Shown here in pieces: positions 45,621 to 55,071 of a DNA stretch of 64,000 nt. Every line of letters begins with the position of its first letter. Position 1 is the stretch's first letter. The DNA is from Candidatus Paceibacter sp. Lineage in GTDB: Bacteria; Patescibacteriota; Patescibacteriia; Magasanikbacterales; UBA922. The notes under the pieces were generated by a model. That model saw nothing but the letters and a program-made list of their open reading frames with translations, searched no databases and was not told the DNA's origin. A program made the translations under genes and the position numbers. The DNA lies in contig DYFM01000001.1 of NCBI GenBank assembly GCA_020725175.1, forward strand, positions 1,504 to 65,503, in the 5' to 3' direction.

Positions 45621-48149
45621 ATGTCACCAGGAGATACGGAATATCGTATACATTCGTTTATTCCTGATACGAATGTTTCAAAGGAACAAGAAAACAGAGA
45701 AAGAAGAGTGTCACGATCTTTTGTGACACAATCTTTGCGTTCTGAGGTAATAGAGCCGCACCTTAAGAAGTTATTGGAAACTCATCCGGAGCAAGATGTG
45801 ATTGATGTGTTGGTTGATACTGATTTGACTTCAGTTATGCTGATAGAAAAAGGCTTTGAATCTGTTAATGCCGGGCAGGTGATGCCAACAGGAGGAGAGG
45901 CGGATCAGGGGGAGGATTTTGAGACAGCCGCTTTACGACGGAAGTTTGAAGAAACGCATTTACGGCCGGTAGAAGGAAAGAGACTTGGGAAAATGACTTA
46001 TACATTGAAACATCCATCAAAAGGTGATCGAGATTTACGTGTGCAGTATTTTTCTTTTCATATTTTACCAACCGATGTTTCGTATGCCCATGACCCAGAA
46101 GGAGATAAGATCGGCGGAGTAGTACGACTTACTATTGAGCAGGCTATAGAGCTACTTCAAAAGAATAAACTTTCTTCAAAACAAATATTTTTACTAGAAG
46201 CAGAAACTGGATACGAATCTGCCGAAGAGGTAGCATTGTTGGATAGTTTGCGAACAGTTCGTGAGGATGAAAATGATATAGTAAAGAATGTTAAGCCACA
46301 TGAAGTGGAGCAAATTCAAATTTCTTTCTTACTAGATATTGTTAAAAAAGAAACTGAAAAAAAGAAATCATTGTTACGACAAATTTTGGCAATAAATTCT
46401 TCAAAATTTAGTACTGATGAGATAGAAGAATTGAATACGAAGATAGATCAAAGCAAAGATCAGGTGCAAACACGTAAATGCCTGCGAGAAATACTGGAAA
46501 GCCTGCAGAAAAAGGGATTGTCAAATGAAGATGTTTTTAATACTTATATAGCTGCTATTGATCTGAGTAACTTTGAAGAAGAAGTTGCAGACAAACACGC
46601 TGGTCTTTCAAAGATAGAAGCCCTGTCCCGGTTTATGTTTACCCTGTTAGAAACACGGTATGATTTTGATACTTATATTTCTATCGCAGAAAAGAATCCT
46701 TTTTTAAAGGAATTTATCGGAAAGTTGAGAAATTTTGCTGCCGCAGTAGAAAAGACTGCAAAAAGAAATGGATTAACAGGTAAAAGCCTTCCTCTCTCAG
46801 CTCAACTTGCTTATATTCATGAGTTAGGCGATGGACAGTTAGAAGTACTTTTTATGGACCACTTTTTTTTGACAGATCATGAGCGCGAGGGTGTAGAGCA
46901 ACTGCCTCGAAAAGTGAAAGCGTCTCAGAAACAGGCTCATGATTTTTTTCGGCAGGTAAAGTTGGAGGTGAACAAATTTAATCAAAGTATTGTGCAGAGT
47001 ATACGTCCAGAGTCTGGAGTGACGCACAATGTAAAATTGTTGGAACAGATGCATGAGGTGGAAGAAGCATCGGTAGCAAATCTTATTCGATTAAGTTTTT
47101 CAAATACCTTACCACCAGACGTGTTAAGGAGGTTTGTTCCTAAAGGCAAAAGAAAGACCAATGAAGAAAGAGAAAAAATTAAACATTTAATAAAACGTTA
47201 TAAATTTGAATGTCGAAGAAAACTGATGGACATGTATTTATTTTATGAGCCAAATGAATTTTTTCGGCAGGTACAAACTGAGAATCGTCCGGTGCAAAAC
47301 CAGGTTTGGAATAAAATTTCCAGTTTTCCAATATACCAAATATTTGTGCGACTTGAAAAAGATGGTACTGATCTGCGAGCAGTAGAGGTACTAGATTCTG
47401 ATGTAAATCCTGAGGAAAGCAAGAATATTTTAGTGGTTGATGTACGCGCATACAAAACTGATCGAGGCTTTTATTATGTTCACCAAAATGGACTTCCGAA
47501 AGAAATTGAATCATTTATGAGAAAGCTAATGGTAAGAGGGTATGATAATTATGAACAGGTTGAAGATATTCATCGTCGGGCAATTGTGCTTTTTGGCGGT
47601 GAGAATGAAGAAACGAGGCAGCGTTTGCATGAAAGAGAAAACGTCGTCTTTTCAGTGAGCGAATTAGATCCGCAAATTGTAAAAGACAAGACAGCCTCGG
47701 AACAAGAGGTGGAAGACGTGGCTGCAGTTTTTGATATTATTCGTGCTTTGAAAAAAATTCCGGGCGTAAAAATAAAAAACTATCGACCTACCAACAAGCC
47801 TGGAGAAACATATAAAAGTAAAAGTGTCGGTGGTGGTGGAAAAGTAGTGTTTGCGAAGTTGTATATTGAGTACACACCTCCTGGCGAAGTAAAGACATAT
47901 CATGAAGAGGTGATGCTTTTTTCTCCCACACCAAAAGAGGGGGGGTTTTCGGAGCAATCAGCCTATTTTTGGTTTGAATTCAAAAAAGCCGATGACAAAA
48001 AGTACGCTTTTTCTCGACTTCTTTCCACTAAGTCACTGCGCTCATTTATTGACCTTCGATATCCGCCACAGATATATGGAAAGCCGGTTCGGCAAGTTGT
48101 TGGAAGATTTATAGAAACACAGAAGCAAAAGAGAAAGGGAAAAGATTAA
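45621..48149 (+). CDS. Large hypothetical protein (842 aa), likely co-transcribed with recG
   Basis: Starts 8 nt after the recG stop; long uninterrupted ORF with coiled-coil-like segments; no motif I can assign. Confidence 0.5.
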   Translation: MSPGDTEYRIHSFIPDTNVSKEQENRERRVSRSFVTQSLRSEVIEPHLKKLLETHPEQDVIDVLVDTDLTSVMLIEKGFESVNAGQVMPTGGEADQGEDFETAALRRKFEETHLRPVEGKRLGKMTYTLKHPSKGDRDLRVQYFSFHILPTDVSYAHDPEGDKIGGVVRLTIEQAIELLQKNKLSSKQIFLLEAETGYESAEEVALLDSLRTVREDENDIVKNVKPHEVEQIQISFLLDIVKKETEKKKSLLRQILAINSSKFSTDEIEELNTKIDQSKDQVQTRKCLREILESLQKKGLSNEDVFNTYIAAIDLSNFEEEVADKHAGLSKIEALSRFMFTLLETRYDFDTYISIAEKNPFLKEFIGKLRNFAAAVEKTAKRNGLTGKSLPLSAQLAYIHELGDGQLEVLFMDHFFLTDHEREGVEQLPRKVKASQKQAHDFFRQVKLEVNKFNQSIVQSIRPESGVTHNVKLLEQMHEVEEASVANLIRLSFSNTLPPDVLRRFVPKGKRKTNEEREKIKHLIKRYKFECRRKLMDMYLFYEPNEFFRQVQTENRPVQNQVWNKISSFPIYQIFVRLEKDGTDLRAVEVLDSDVNPEESKNILVVDVRAYKTDRGFYYVHQNGLPKEIESFMRKLMVRGYDNYEQVEDIHRRAIVLFGGENEETRQRLHERENVVFSVSELDPQIVKDKTASEQEVEDVAAVFDIIRALKKIPGVKIKNYRPTNKPGETYKSKSVGGGGKVVFAKLYIEYTPPGEVKTYHEEVMLFSPTPKEGGFSEQSAYFWFEFKKADDKKYAFSRLLSTKSLRSFIDLRYPPQIYGKPVRQVVGRFIETQKQKRKGKD

Positions 48150-48193
48150 AAAAAGTCTAAGTTCTGAACAATTGAAGGAGATAATTATACTGT

Positions 48194-49624
48194 ATGCCAT
48201 CATCAATTCCTCTCACCCTCACCTACGACGATGTTCTTCTCGTGCCAAAACGCACACCGCTTGCGTCCCGATCGGAAGCAGATATTCGTAGTCGCTTTAC
48301 GAAACATATTTGGCTGAACACTCCTTTCGTCAGTGCCAATATGGCAACCGTGACGGAACATAAAACCGCCATTGCTTTGGCACGAGAAGGTGGACTTGGG
48401 ACTATTCATCAGTTCGGCACCATCGCTGAGCAAGTGCAAGAAGTAAGGCGAGTAAAACGCAGTACCAGTTATGTGGTGGAAGATCCGGTAACTATTCATG
48501 TCTGGGCTACGCTTAAAGAAGCCAGAGATCTCATGGAACAAAAAGAAGTAACCAGTCTCATAGTCATGAGTGGGGAAGATTTGGTAGGGCTTCTTACGCA
48601 TCGAGATTATACCTTTGAGACCGATGGGAATCGATTAATTCGAGAACTCATGACCCCGCGAGAGCGACTTATTACCGCTGATTACGGTATCACGCAAGAC
48701 GCGGCGAAAGATATTTTTCGTACCTACAAAGTGGAAAAGTTACCGCTACTCGAACAGGGAAAACTGCGTGGACTTATTACTACAAAAGATATCAAGCGAA
48801 TGGAACACTGGCCATTGGCATCCCGAGACGCGAAAGGACGGCTCATGGTGGCCGGGGCGGTGGGGGTAAAAGATTCACTGGAGCGAACCGAAGCATTGAT
48901 TCGAGCCGGGGTGGACGTTATTGTCATGGACATTGCCCACGCGCATTCTGATCTCATGATCAAACAACTTCGTGAAGTAAAATCTAGTTTTTCTATTGAT
49001 GTAATGGTTGGAAACATTGCTACTGCCGCGGCAGCTCATGACCTTGTTGAGGCTGGGGCTGATGGGCTAAAAGTAGGAATTGGACCTTCGCCAGTGTGTA
49101 CCACCAGAATTATGTCAGGCGCTGGCTATCCACAGCTGAGTGCTGTTATGAATGTGGTGTCGGTTGCTAAAGAACATGATGTGCCGGTAACGGCCGATGG
49201 TGGAATGAAATATCCGGGTGATGTAGTAAAAGCTATTGCCGCCGGAGCGAGTAGTATTTTTTCCGGTTCTTTTTTTGCCGGTACAGATGAGGCTCCCGGT
49301 ATTATTATCATGAAAGACGGAAAACGCTATAAACGCTACGCTGGCAGTGCATCATACGAAAGTGGACATGCGAGAAAAGAGCGTGATGAAGGGCGACAGC
49401 TCAAAGAAAATATCGATGTTTTTGTGGAAGGGGTTTCGGTATTGGTTGATTATAAAGGCTCAGTTTCTGATGTTGTGCGGGGATTGAAAAAGGGACTGCA
49501 AAGTGGAATAAGTTACTGTGGTGGAAGAAATATCGAGGAAATGCAAACGAACGCGGAGTTTATCCAAATTACGTCTAGTGGATGGGTAGAGTCGGGTTCA
49601 AGAGGGATGAAGGTGATGGAGTGA
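48194..49624 (+). CDS. guaB: Inosine-5'-monophosphate dehydrogenase (with CBS pair)
   Basis: 476 aa; ...LKVGIGPSPVCTTRIMSGAGYPQLSAV... (catalytic Cys loop), tandem CBS region 48470-48800, GGMKYPGDVVKAIAAGAS. Confidence 0.9.
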   Translation: MPSSIPLTLTYDDVLLVPKRTPLASRSEADIRSRFTKHIWLNTPFVSANMATVTEHKTAIALAREGGLGTIHQFGTIAEQVQEVRRVKRSTSYVVEDPVTIHVWATLKEARDLMEQKEVTSLIVMSGEDLVGLLTHRDYTFETDGNRLIRELMTPRERLITADYGITQDAAKDIFRTYKVEKLPLLEQGKLRGLITTKDIKRMEHWPLASRDAKGRLMVAGAVGVKDSLERTEALIRAGVDVIVMDIAHAHSDLMIKQLREVKSSFSIDVMVGNIATAAAAHDLVEAGADGLKVGIGPSPVCTTRIMSGAGYPQLSAVMNVVSVAKEHDVPVTADGGMKYPGDVVKAIAAGASSIFSGSFFAGTDEAPGIIIMKDGKRYKRYAGSASYESGHARKERDEGRQLKENIDVFVEGVSVLVDYKGSVSDVVRGLKKGLQSGISYCGGRNIEEMQTNAEFIQITSSGWVESGSRGMKVME

Positions 49625-49693
49625 GTGAGAAGCAATTAAAACGTATAAAACTAATAAAACCTATAAAACAGTTAAGAGTTTGATAACAAGTAA

Positions 49694-49721
49694 AAATCCC
49701 TCTTGATGTGGGATTTTTTTT
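49694..49721 (+). terminator. Rho-independent terminator after guaB
   Basis: aaatccc-tcttgatgt-gggattt hairpin then ttttttt. Confidence 0.65.
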
Positions 49722-49787
49722 ACAAAAAAAACAGATCCGCCGCCATTAGTCGAATCCGTTCAATTCGAAGGTCTATGTATATGGATC

Positions 49788-51134
49788 TCACGAATGCTTT
49801 ATCAACTCCTCAATATTCTTCACAGAAAAAATTTTCAACTGAGTCGTTGGTAATTTCATTTGCGCTTTTGACGCCATAATGACTCGTTTCATACCCAACC
49901 CTTCCGCTTCTTTCAACCTCTTTTCCGTAAACGTCACGCTTCGTACCTCTCCGCCAAGACCCACTTCACCAAAGACCAGTAAATCTTTACCTAGAGCTTT
50001 GTCTTTATAACTTGAGGCAATTGCAAGGCACACCGCCAGATCAACCGCGGGTTCATTGGCACGAATTCCGCCGGCGACATTTAGATGAATATCATATTGT
50101 GCCAAATTGAGACCAGCTCGTTTTTGAAGGACAGCGGTCAGCACATGAAGACGATTCAGGTCAAACCCACTTGATTTTCGAATAGGGAATCCGAAAGCTG
50201 TTTTACTGACGAGCGCCTGGACTTCGACGAGCATGGGTCGAGTACCTTCCATAAGACAAGTAATAATAGTGCCTGGTGTTGATTCACTTCCTTCATCAAG
50301 GAAACTCGCTGAGGGATTTTTTACTTCTTTTAGGCCGGTTTCCTGCATTTCAAAAATACCTACTTCATCGGTTGAGCCAAAACGATTTTTGACAGTGCGA
50401 AGAATGCGGTAATTATTGTGTTTCCGGCCTTCAAGGTAGAGGACGGTATCCACCAAATGTTCCAGTGTTTTTGGTCCGGCAACGGTCCCTTCTTTTGTCA
50501 CATGGCCAATAATGATTACTGCAGTATTGGTTGATTTTGCTACATCTAGGAGTGTTGCGGTACATGCTCGTACTTGTGTCATACTGCCGGTTTCACCGGT
50601 CGCCTCGTCAGTTGAGATGGTTTGAACAGAATCTACGATGACAAGGGCAGGGGAGAGTTGTCGGATGGTGGCCGAGATGGCATCGACATTTGTTTCATTG
50701 GCCAGACGAAGTGTTGGCGCGGTAATTCCAAGTCGATCAGCGCGAAGCTTGATTTGCTCGATTGATTCTTCTCCGGAAACATAGAGGGTATTAGGAATGA
50801 CTGTAGCGAGTTGAATGGAGAGGGTTGATTTACCGATACCTGGTTCGCCACCAAGAAGTATCAGGCTCCCGGGCACAATCCCTCCACCGAGAACTCGATC
50901 CAATTCAGTAATGTTTGTTTTCGACCGTTGTACTTCTTTTCCTTTCAACTCACTAAATGCCACTGTTTTTACTGGTGCTGCTTTTGGTACCTCGATCTTT
51001 TGTTTACTGACCACTGTCCCTTGTTCACTGATACTACCCCATTTTCCACATTCCAAACAACGACCGGCCCATTTTTTGAATTGGGCGTCGCAGTTGGTGC
51101 AGGTGAAGACGAGATTGAGAGTGGGTTTGGACAT
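49788..51134 (-). CDS. radA: DNA repair protein RadA (Sms)
   Basis: N-terminal CTNCDAQFKKWAGRCLECGKWG zinc finger, RecA-like LLGGEPGIGKSTL, KNRFG motif, Lon-protease-like C-terminus. Confidence 0.9.
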   Translation of the reverse strand: MSKPTLNLVFTCTNCDAQFKKWAGRCLECGKWGSISEQGTVVSKQKIEVPKAAPVKTVAFSELKGKEVQRSKTNITELDRVLGGGIVPGSLILLGGEPGIGKSTLSIQLATVIPNTLYVSGEESIEQIKLRADRLGITAPTLRLANETNVDAISATIRQLSPALVIVDSVQTISTDEATGETGSMTQVRACTATLLDVAKSTNTAVIIIGHVTKEGTVAGPKTLEHLVDTVLYLEGRKHNNYRILRTVKNRFGSTDEVGIFEMQETGLKEVKNPSASFLDEGSESTPGTIITCLMEGTRPMLVEVQALVSKTAFGFPIRKSSGFDLNRLHVLTAVLQKRAGLNLAQYDIHLNVAGGIRANEPAVDLAVCLAIASSYKDKALGKDLLVFGEVGLGGEVRSVTFTEKRLKEAEGLGMKRVIMASKAQMKLPTTQLKIFSVKNIEELIKHS

Positions 51135-51190
51135 GTAGTTTGGTGTTATACGAATATCCGGATGACGCAGATATGCGGATATAGTTGTTA

Positions 51191-53107
51191 TTATAATTTA
51201 CTCCCAATTGGACATTGGGTAATATTCTTTGGTCCTGCAAATTCAGTCACTCCGAGGGATCGAATTTTCACAACAATCTTTTGAACATATCCTTTTGATG
51301 CACCGTTGAATATTTTCTTTCCAGCATAGGTGCTTCCTTCTGGCCAAAGACCATCAGGCCACTGGTTGGTATTACAGCTAAAACGATTGATTGCCGCTCC
51401 AAGTGCACCTGGTCCGCTACTGTGCCCAAAGTATAACATGAATACCTTATCATCTAGTGAGGAATTAGGACATTTTTTATTAATTTTCTGAAAGCTAGCT
51501 TGTGTAACAAGAATGCCGTAAGCGCTATTGACCTCCGGGTTTTTTAACCCGTCACGAGTGGAGCAGTGTTGGGCAAGATCGACTTTTGCAAGCACGGGTC
51601 GACATTGCCATCCACCTGTTTTTTTACCGATTTTTGGAAATCCCCACATTGCTTGAAACAAACCGGTTGCGCTAGACTTCGGATTTTCTGCATTTGGGTT
51701 GAGGGCTGATTCGTGGTGTGCCATAGCTTTCAGTAATTGCCAATTTATTCCAATACAGGCTGCAAATTTTTGGAATAATTGATCAAATTCTGTTGTTCCA
51801 AAAGGTTTTCCTCCTCCAGTATACGCACTCGCATCAAATTCACCTTTTTCCTCAGCATAAAAATCCATATTGTCGAGAGACTTTCCTTGTATATATTGAA
51901 TTTTGAGATTGCGAAATTGAACCAAATTGGGATTGAGTGTGTAGAGTATGGTATAGGACAAAATGGCAAAAAATAATCCGATAATAGCGCCTGCAATTTT
52001 TTTCTTGGCCGAGCTAATACTGTCACTACTACTCCCAGATATCATCCATTGAAAGCCACCAAAAATAATCATGATAATTGATATGATTCCAGCAGCAGCA
52101 ATGGCGTATCGGTAGAGCGCGAGTATGTAGTCACCGATAAAGGGGAGATAAGCATAGAATCCTCCGTCTACGTCACCTTCTTCAGGTATATAAACACCAC
52201 CAAATTGTAAACCAGGAACAATTATCTGGGGCTGTGGACATTTGATCTGTGGTTTTGTTTCAGAGGTATATTCCTGTGTATCAAATACCGCATCAATCAT
52301 ACTGCCGGTTTTTGGGTCTTGATCCGAGCAAGGGAAATAACCGGTGGGGATGGGGGTAACGGTACTGGCAGGTGACTGTTGACCGAGCGTTGAGGCGTCA
52401 AATCCAGCGGAATCTGGTCCTGGGGTATATCCACCATAGGCTTGTTGCATAAGAAGCGCAAACATAACCTCTTGCCCTGTTTTGTTTAGGTGAAGATGGT
52501 CGCCAGAATCAAACTGACTATCTATGGTATCATCGTTATCTTTATCAACGTTACTATAGACATCAATGTAACTATCAATACCATAAGGTTTTCCGGCGAG
52601 CCAGGCATTATTGGCTTTGATGTTGTCTCCCCATGTTTGTGTCCAGCTATTATATCCCTTAAATGGTTGTGCCCCCATGATAATTATTTTGCTTCCTTCC
52701 GATTTTGCAGACTGTATAATCGTTGTAAGATTTTTTTGTGTATTTTGGAGACCAGTTGTGTTATTAAGCCCGTTTAGGCCGCCGTAAAGTATAATTTCAC
52801 TGAATCCTTTTCCTTTTACTTTAGTATTGTACTGATCCAGAAAAAATGATGAGCTGGATCCTGATTTTGCAAAACATTCAAACGCTTTGTCCGGAAGTGC
52901 TTTTTTGAGTTTTTCCACAAAACCTCCTGAACTACATCCACCAACAAAACTTGATGACCCGATGACGGCGGTTTTGGTGGTGGCACGAACAGTATTTGGG
53001 AAATACGCAATGAATAATAGAAAAAGAAATATATATATAACTTTGTTTTTTTTTCCACGCTGAATAGATCTAATAAATTGGAATAGCTCTTCTAAATTTT
53101 TTTTCAT
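51191..53107 (-). CDS. Multidomain envelope protein: SGNH/GDSL-like hydrolase + two-helix membrane hairpin domain + soluble lytic transglycosylase (SLT) domain
   Basis: VIGSSSF (GDS block) and DSGDHLHLN (DxxH); hairpin domain LALYRYAIAAAGIISIIMIIFGGFQWM...LSYTILYTLNPNLVQFRNLK; SLT motif MAHHESALNPNAENPKSSATGLFQAM. Confidence 0.6.
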   Translation of the reverse strand: MKKNLEELFQFIRSIQRGKKNKVIYIFLFLLFIAYFPNTVRATTKTAVIGSSSFVGGCSSGGFVEKLKKALPDKAFECFAKSGSSSSFFLDQYNTKVKGKGFSEIILYGGLNGLNNTTGLQNTQKNLTTIIQSAKSEGSKIIIMGAQPFKGYNSWTQTWGDNIKANNAWLAGKPYGIDSYIDVYSNVDKDNDDTIDSQFDSGDHLHLNKTGQEVMFALLMQQAYGGYTPGPDSAGFDASTLGQQSPASTVTPIPTGYFPCSDQDPKTGSMIDAVFDTQEYTSETKPQIKCPQPQIIVPGLQFGGVYIPEEGDVDGGFYAYLPFIGDYILALYRYAIAAAGIISIIMIIFGGFQWMISGSSSDSISSAKKKIAGAIIGLFFAILSYTILYTLNPNLVQFRNLKIQYIQGKSLDNMDFYAEEKGEFDASAYTGGGKPFGTTEFDQLFQKFAACIGINWQLLKAMAHHESALNPNAENPKSSATGLFQAMWGFPKIGKKTGGWQCRPVLAKVDLAQHCSTRDGLKNPEVNSAYGILVTQASFQKINKKCPNSSLDDKVFMLYFGHSSGPGALGAAINRFSCNTNQWPDGLWPEGSTYAGKKIFNGASKGYVQKIVVKIRSLGVTEFAGPKNITQCPIGSKL

Positions 53108-53113
53108 AGAAAA

Positions 53114-54403
53114 TTATTCAAGACTCGGATCCCAACTACACTGACCTTTAGGATTATGTTGTGAAAGGTTAAAAGAAGTACCCATATATTTTCCGAGTTT
53201 GTTGAGTTTAAAATTTGGTGGATCATGGTGAGTGCCAAGTTCACAATGTCCTCGTACTGTAGTATCATTAATTGGAAAATTATATTTTTTACTCAATGCA
53301 ACAATGAGTTTTGCAATATTTTGGTACTGTTCTTCCGTATAAAAATAACCTTCAGAGTTTTTTTGATAATTTATATCAATCCCAATCGAGATTTTATTTT
53401 CACTACAACAGTGATTCATAACATGTAATTCATCTGCTAGTTGATATACTTCACCACTCGGAACAGCCGCATAATGTGAGCCAATTGGCACCTGATTGAC
53501 TGTTAATGGAAGACGATAAATTTTTTTAGTTGCCTTATCTTTTTTTGCTTTACCTAACTTGTAGTCATTGGCCCACATACTAATCATTCCTGATACGTTT
53601 TCTTTTGGGAATCCGAGGTGTAATATGACCATTTTTACATCAGAAGGAGGTCTTTTCGCATTTTTTGTTCTGGATGAAATATTGCAATCAAGTTGTCCTA
53701 GAAATTTTTTATTCGTATCAAATCCGGTTAAATTGCTAGGTGAGGAGGGTACAGGTACAGAACAATTTCTTGGGGGTTGAATGGTTCCATCGGGTCCTAT
53801 TATATTTGGTCCTGAATCAGAAGCAACATCATTAACATGACTATATGCTTCATCTGGTATTGGTTCAGCCTGCACATACAACACTTTCAAATTACGAAAC
53901 TTTACCAAATTTGGATTAATGGTAAAAAGAAAAAGATATGATCCAACAGCCAATAAAATACCGATGAGGGCGTGTTCGATCCGGGTTTTGGCTTTTGTGA
54001 TATTGTCGCTATTACCGGCACTTGTTACCCATTGAAAACCAGCTATTATAATCATAATAACTGACACAATCCCAATCGCCGCAATCACAAATCGGTAGAT
54101 GGCCGCGATATATTCACCGGCATAGGGAATTGAAATGTACTTGTTTCCTTCATCATCTTCGGTTGTTAAGTTTTCAACATTTGCTTCGGTAAATTTTTCG
54201 AGTCCTGGCAGCTTGATACGAAGCTGTGGCTGTTGTAGCATTGCATTGAGTTCACTTTCGGTTAATGGTTCGGAACCGGTAAACGCGTCACCTATCGCGT
54301 TCCCTGGGCCGTATTGGGCAAGTGCTGGGGAAGAATACAAAAAACAGATCGTGATGAGCGTCAAGACAATTACTCGAAAATGTTTATGAAAGAAAGGCAA
54401 CAT
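53114..54403 (-). CDS. Signal peptide + same two-helix membrane hairpin domain + N-acetylmuramoyl-L-alanine amidase (Amidase_2/PGRP-like) domain
   Basis: AAIYRFVIAAIGIVSVIMIIIAGFQWV...GSYLFLFTINPNLVKFRNLK is a paralog of the hairpin in 51191-53107; C-terminus ...ILHLGFP...ISIGIDIN...TVRGHCEL... amidase_2-like. Confidence 0.55.
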   Translation of the reverse strand: MLPFFHKHFRVIVLTLITICFLYSSPALAQYGPGNAIGDAFTGSEPLTESELNAMLQQPQLRIKLPGLEKFTEANVENLTTEDDEGNKYISIPYAGEYIAAIYRFVIAAIGIVSVIMIIIAGFQWVTSAGNSDNITKAKTRIEHALIGILLAVGSYLFLFTINPNLVKFRNLKVLYVQAEPIPDEAYSHVNDVASDSGPNIIGPDGTIQPPRNCSVPVPSSPSNLTGFDTNKKFLGQLDCNISSRTKNAKRPPSDVKMVILHLGFPKENVSGMISMWANDYKLGKAKKDKATKKIYRLPLTVNQVPIGSHYAAVPSGEVYQLADELHVMNHCCSENKISIGIDINYQKNSEGYFYTEEQYQNIAKLIVALSKKYNFPINDTTVRGHCELGTHHDPPNFKLNKLGKYMGTSFNLSQHNPKGQCSWDPSLE

Positions 54404-54406
54404 AGG

Positions 54407-55051
54407 TTATAACCCAAGAACAGTTTTCCAGCCGGCAAGTGACTGCGGAGGAGTGATTTGTTTGTTGTCTATAAAAATTGCCGGTACCGCTTGAACGTTG
54501 ACAGACATGGCAAGTGCTTCGGTATTTACAATATGTGTTTCTGTAGCGACATTATTGAGACACGTGGTTAGAAGTTCTTGATCCAGTTCTATTTGCGTGG
54601 CAATTTCTTGAAGCATTGTATCGGACAAGGATTCGTTGTTCGCGTACGCAAAATCCTTGAAGGTGACAAATTTTCCTTGGAGATTGGCACAGTAGGCGTA
54701 TTGGTGAGCAAGGCGGGCATTATGTGGAAAACGTGCCACTGGAAGTCCTTTCCAGATTACCTTGATTTTACCAGGATATTCTCGTTCTATTTCTGATAAG
54801 AAATAATCTTGTTGTTTACATCCTTCACAACTAAAATCTTCAAACACAACAATTGTTTTAGCGGCTGCTTTGTTTCCGATAATCGGATCGCCTGGAAGAA
54901 TCGGGAGTAGTGTTGGGGTTTCTGAAGTTTGTTCTTCTTCTGGTAGTTTAGGGAAGAGGGGACGATATTGTACCACTTCAATAAAAAGTGCCAGTCCCGC
55001 AATAAGAATGGCCGGAATAAAGATGGTGAGGATGTGTTTTGTGTTCAGCAT
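54407..55051 (-). CDS. Membrane-anchored DsbA-like thiol:disulfide oxidoreductase
   Basis: N-terminal TM, thioredoxin-fold with CEGC active site (FSCEGCKQQ). Confidence 0.65.
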   Translation of the reverse strand: MLNTKHILTIFIPAILIAGLALFIEVVQYRPLFPKLPEEEQTSETPTLLPILPGDPIIGNKAAAKTIVVFEDFSCEGCKQQDYFLSEIEREYPGKIKVIWKGLPVARFPHNARLAHQYAYCANLQGKFVTFKDFAYANNESLSDTMLQEIATQIELDQELLTTCLNNVATETHIVNTEALAMSVNVQAVPAIFIDNKQITPPQSLAGWKTVLGL

Positions 55052-55071
55052 ACACGTACAATAGTTGAGCT

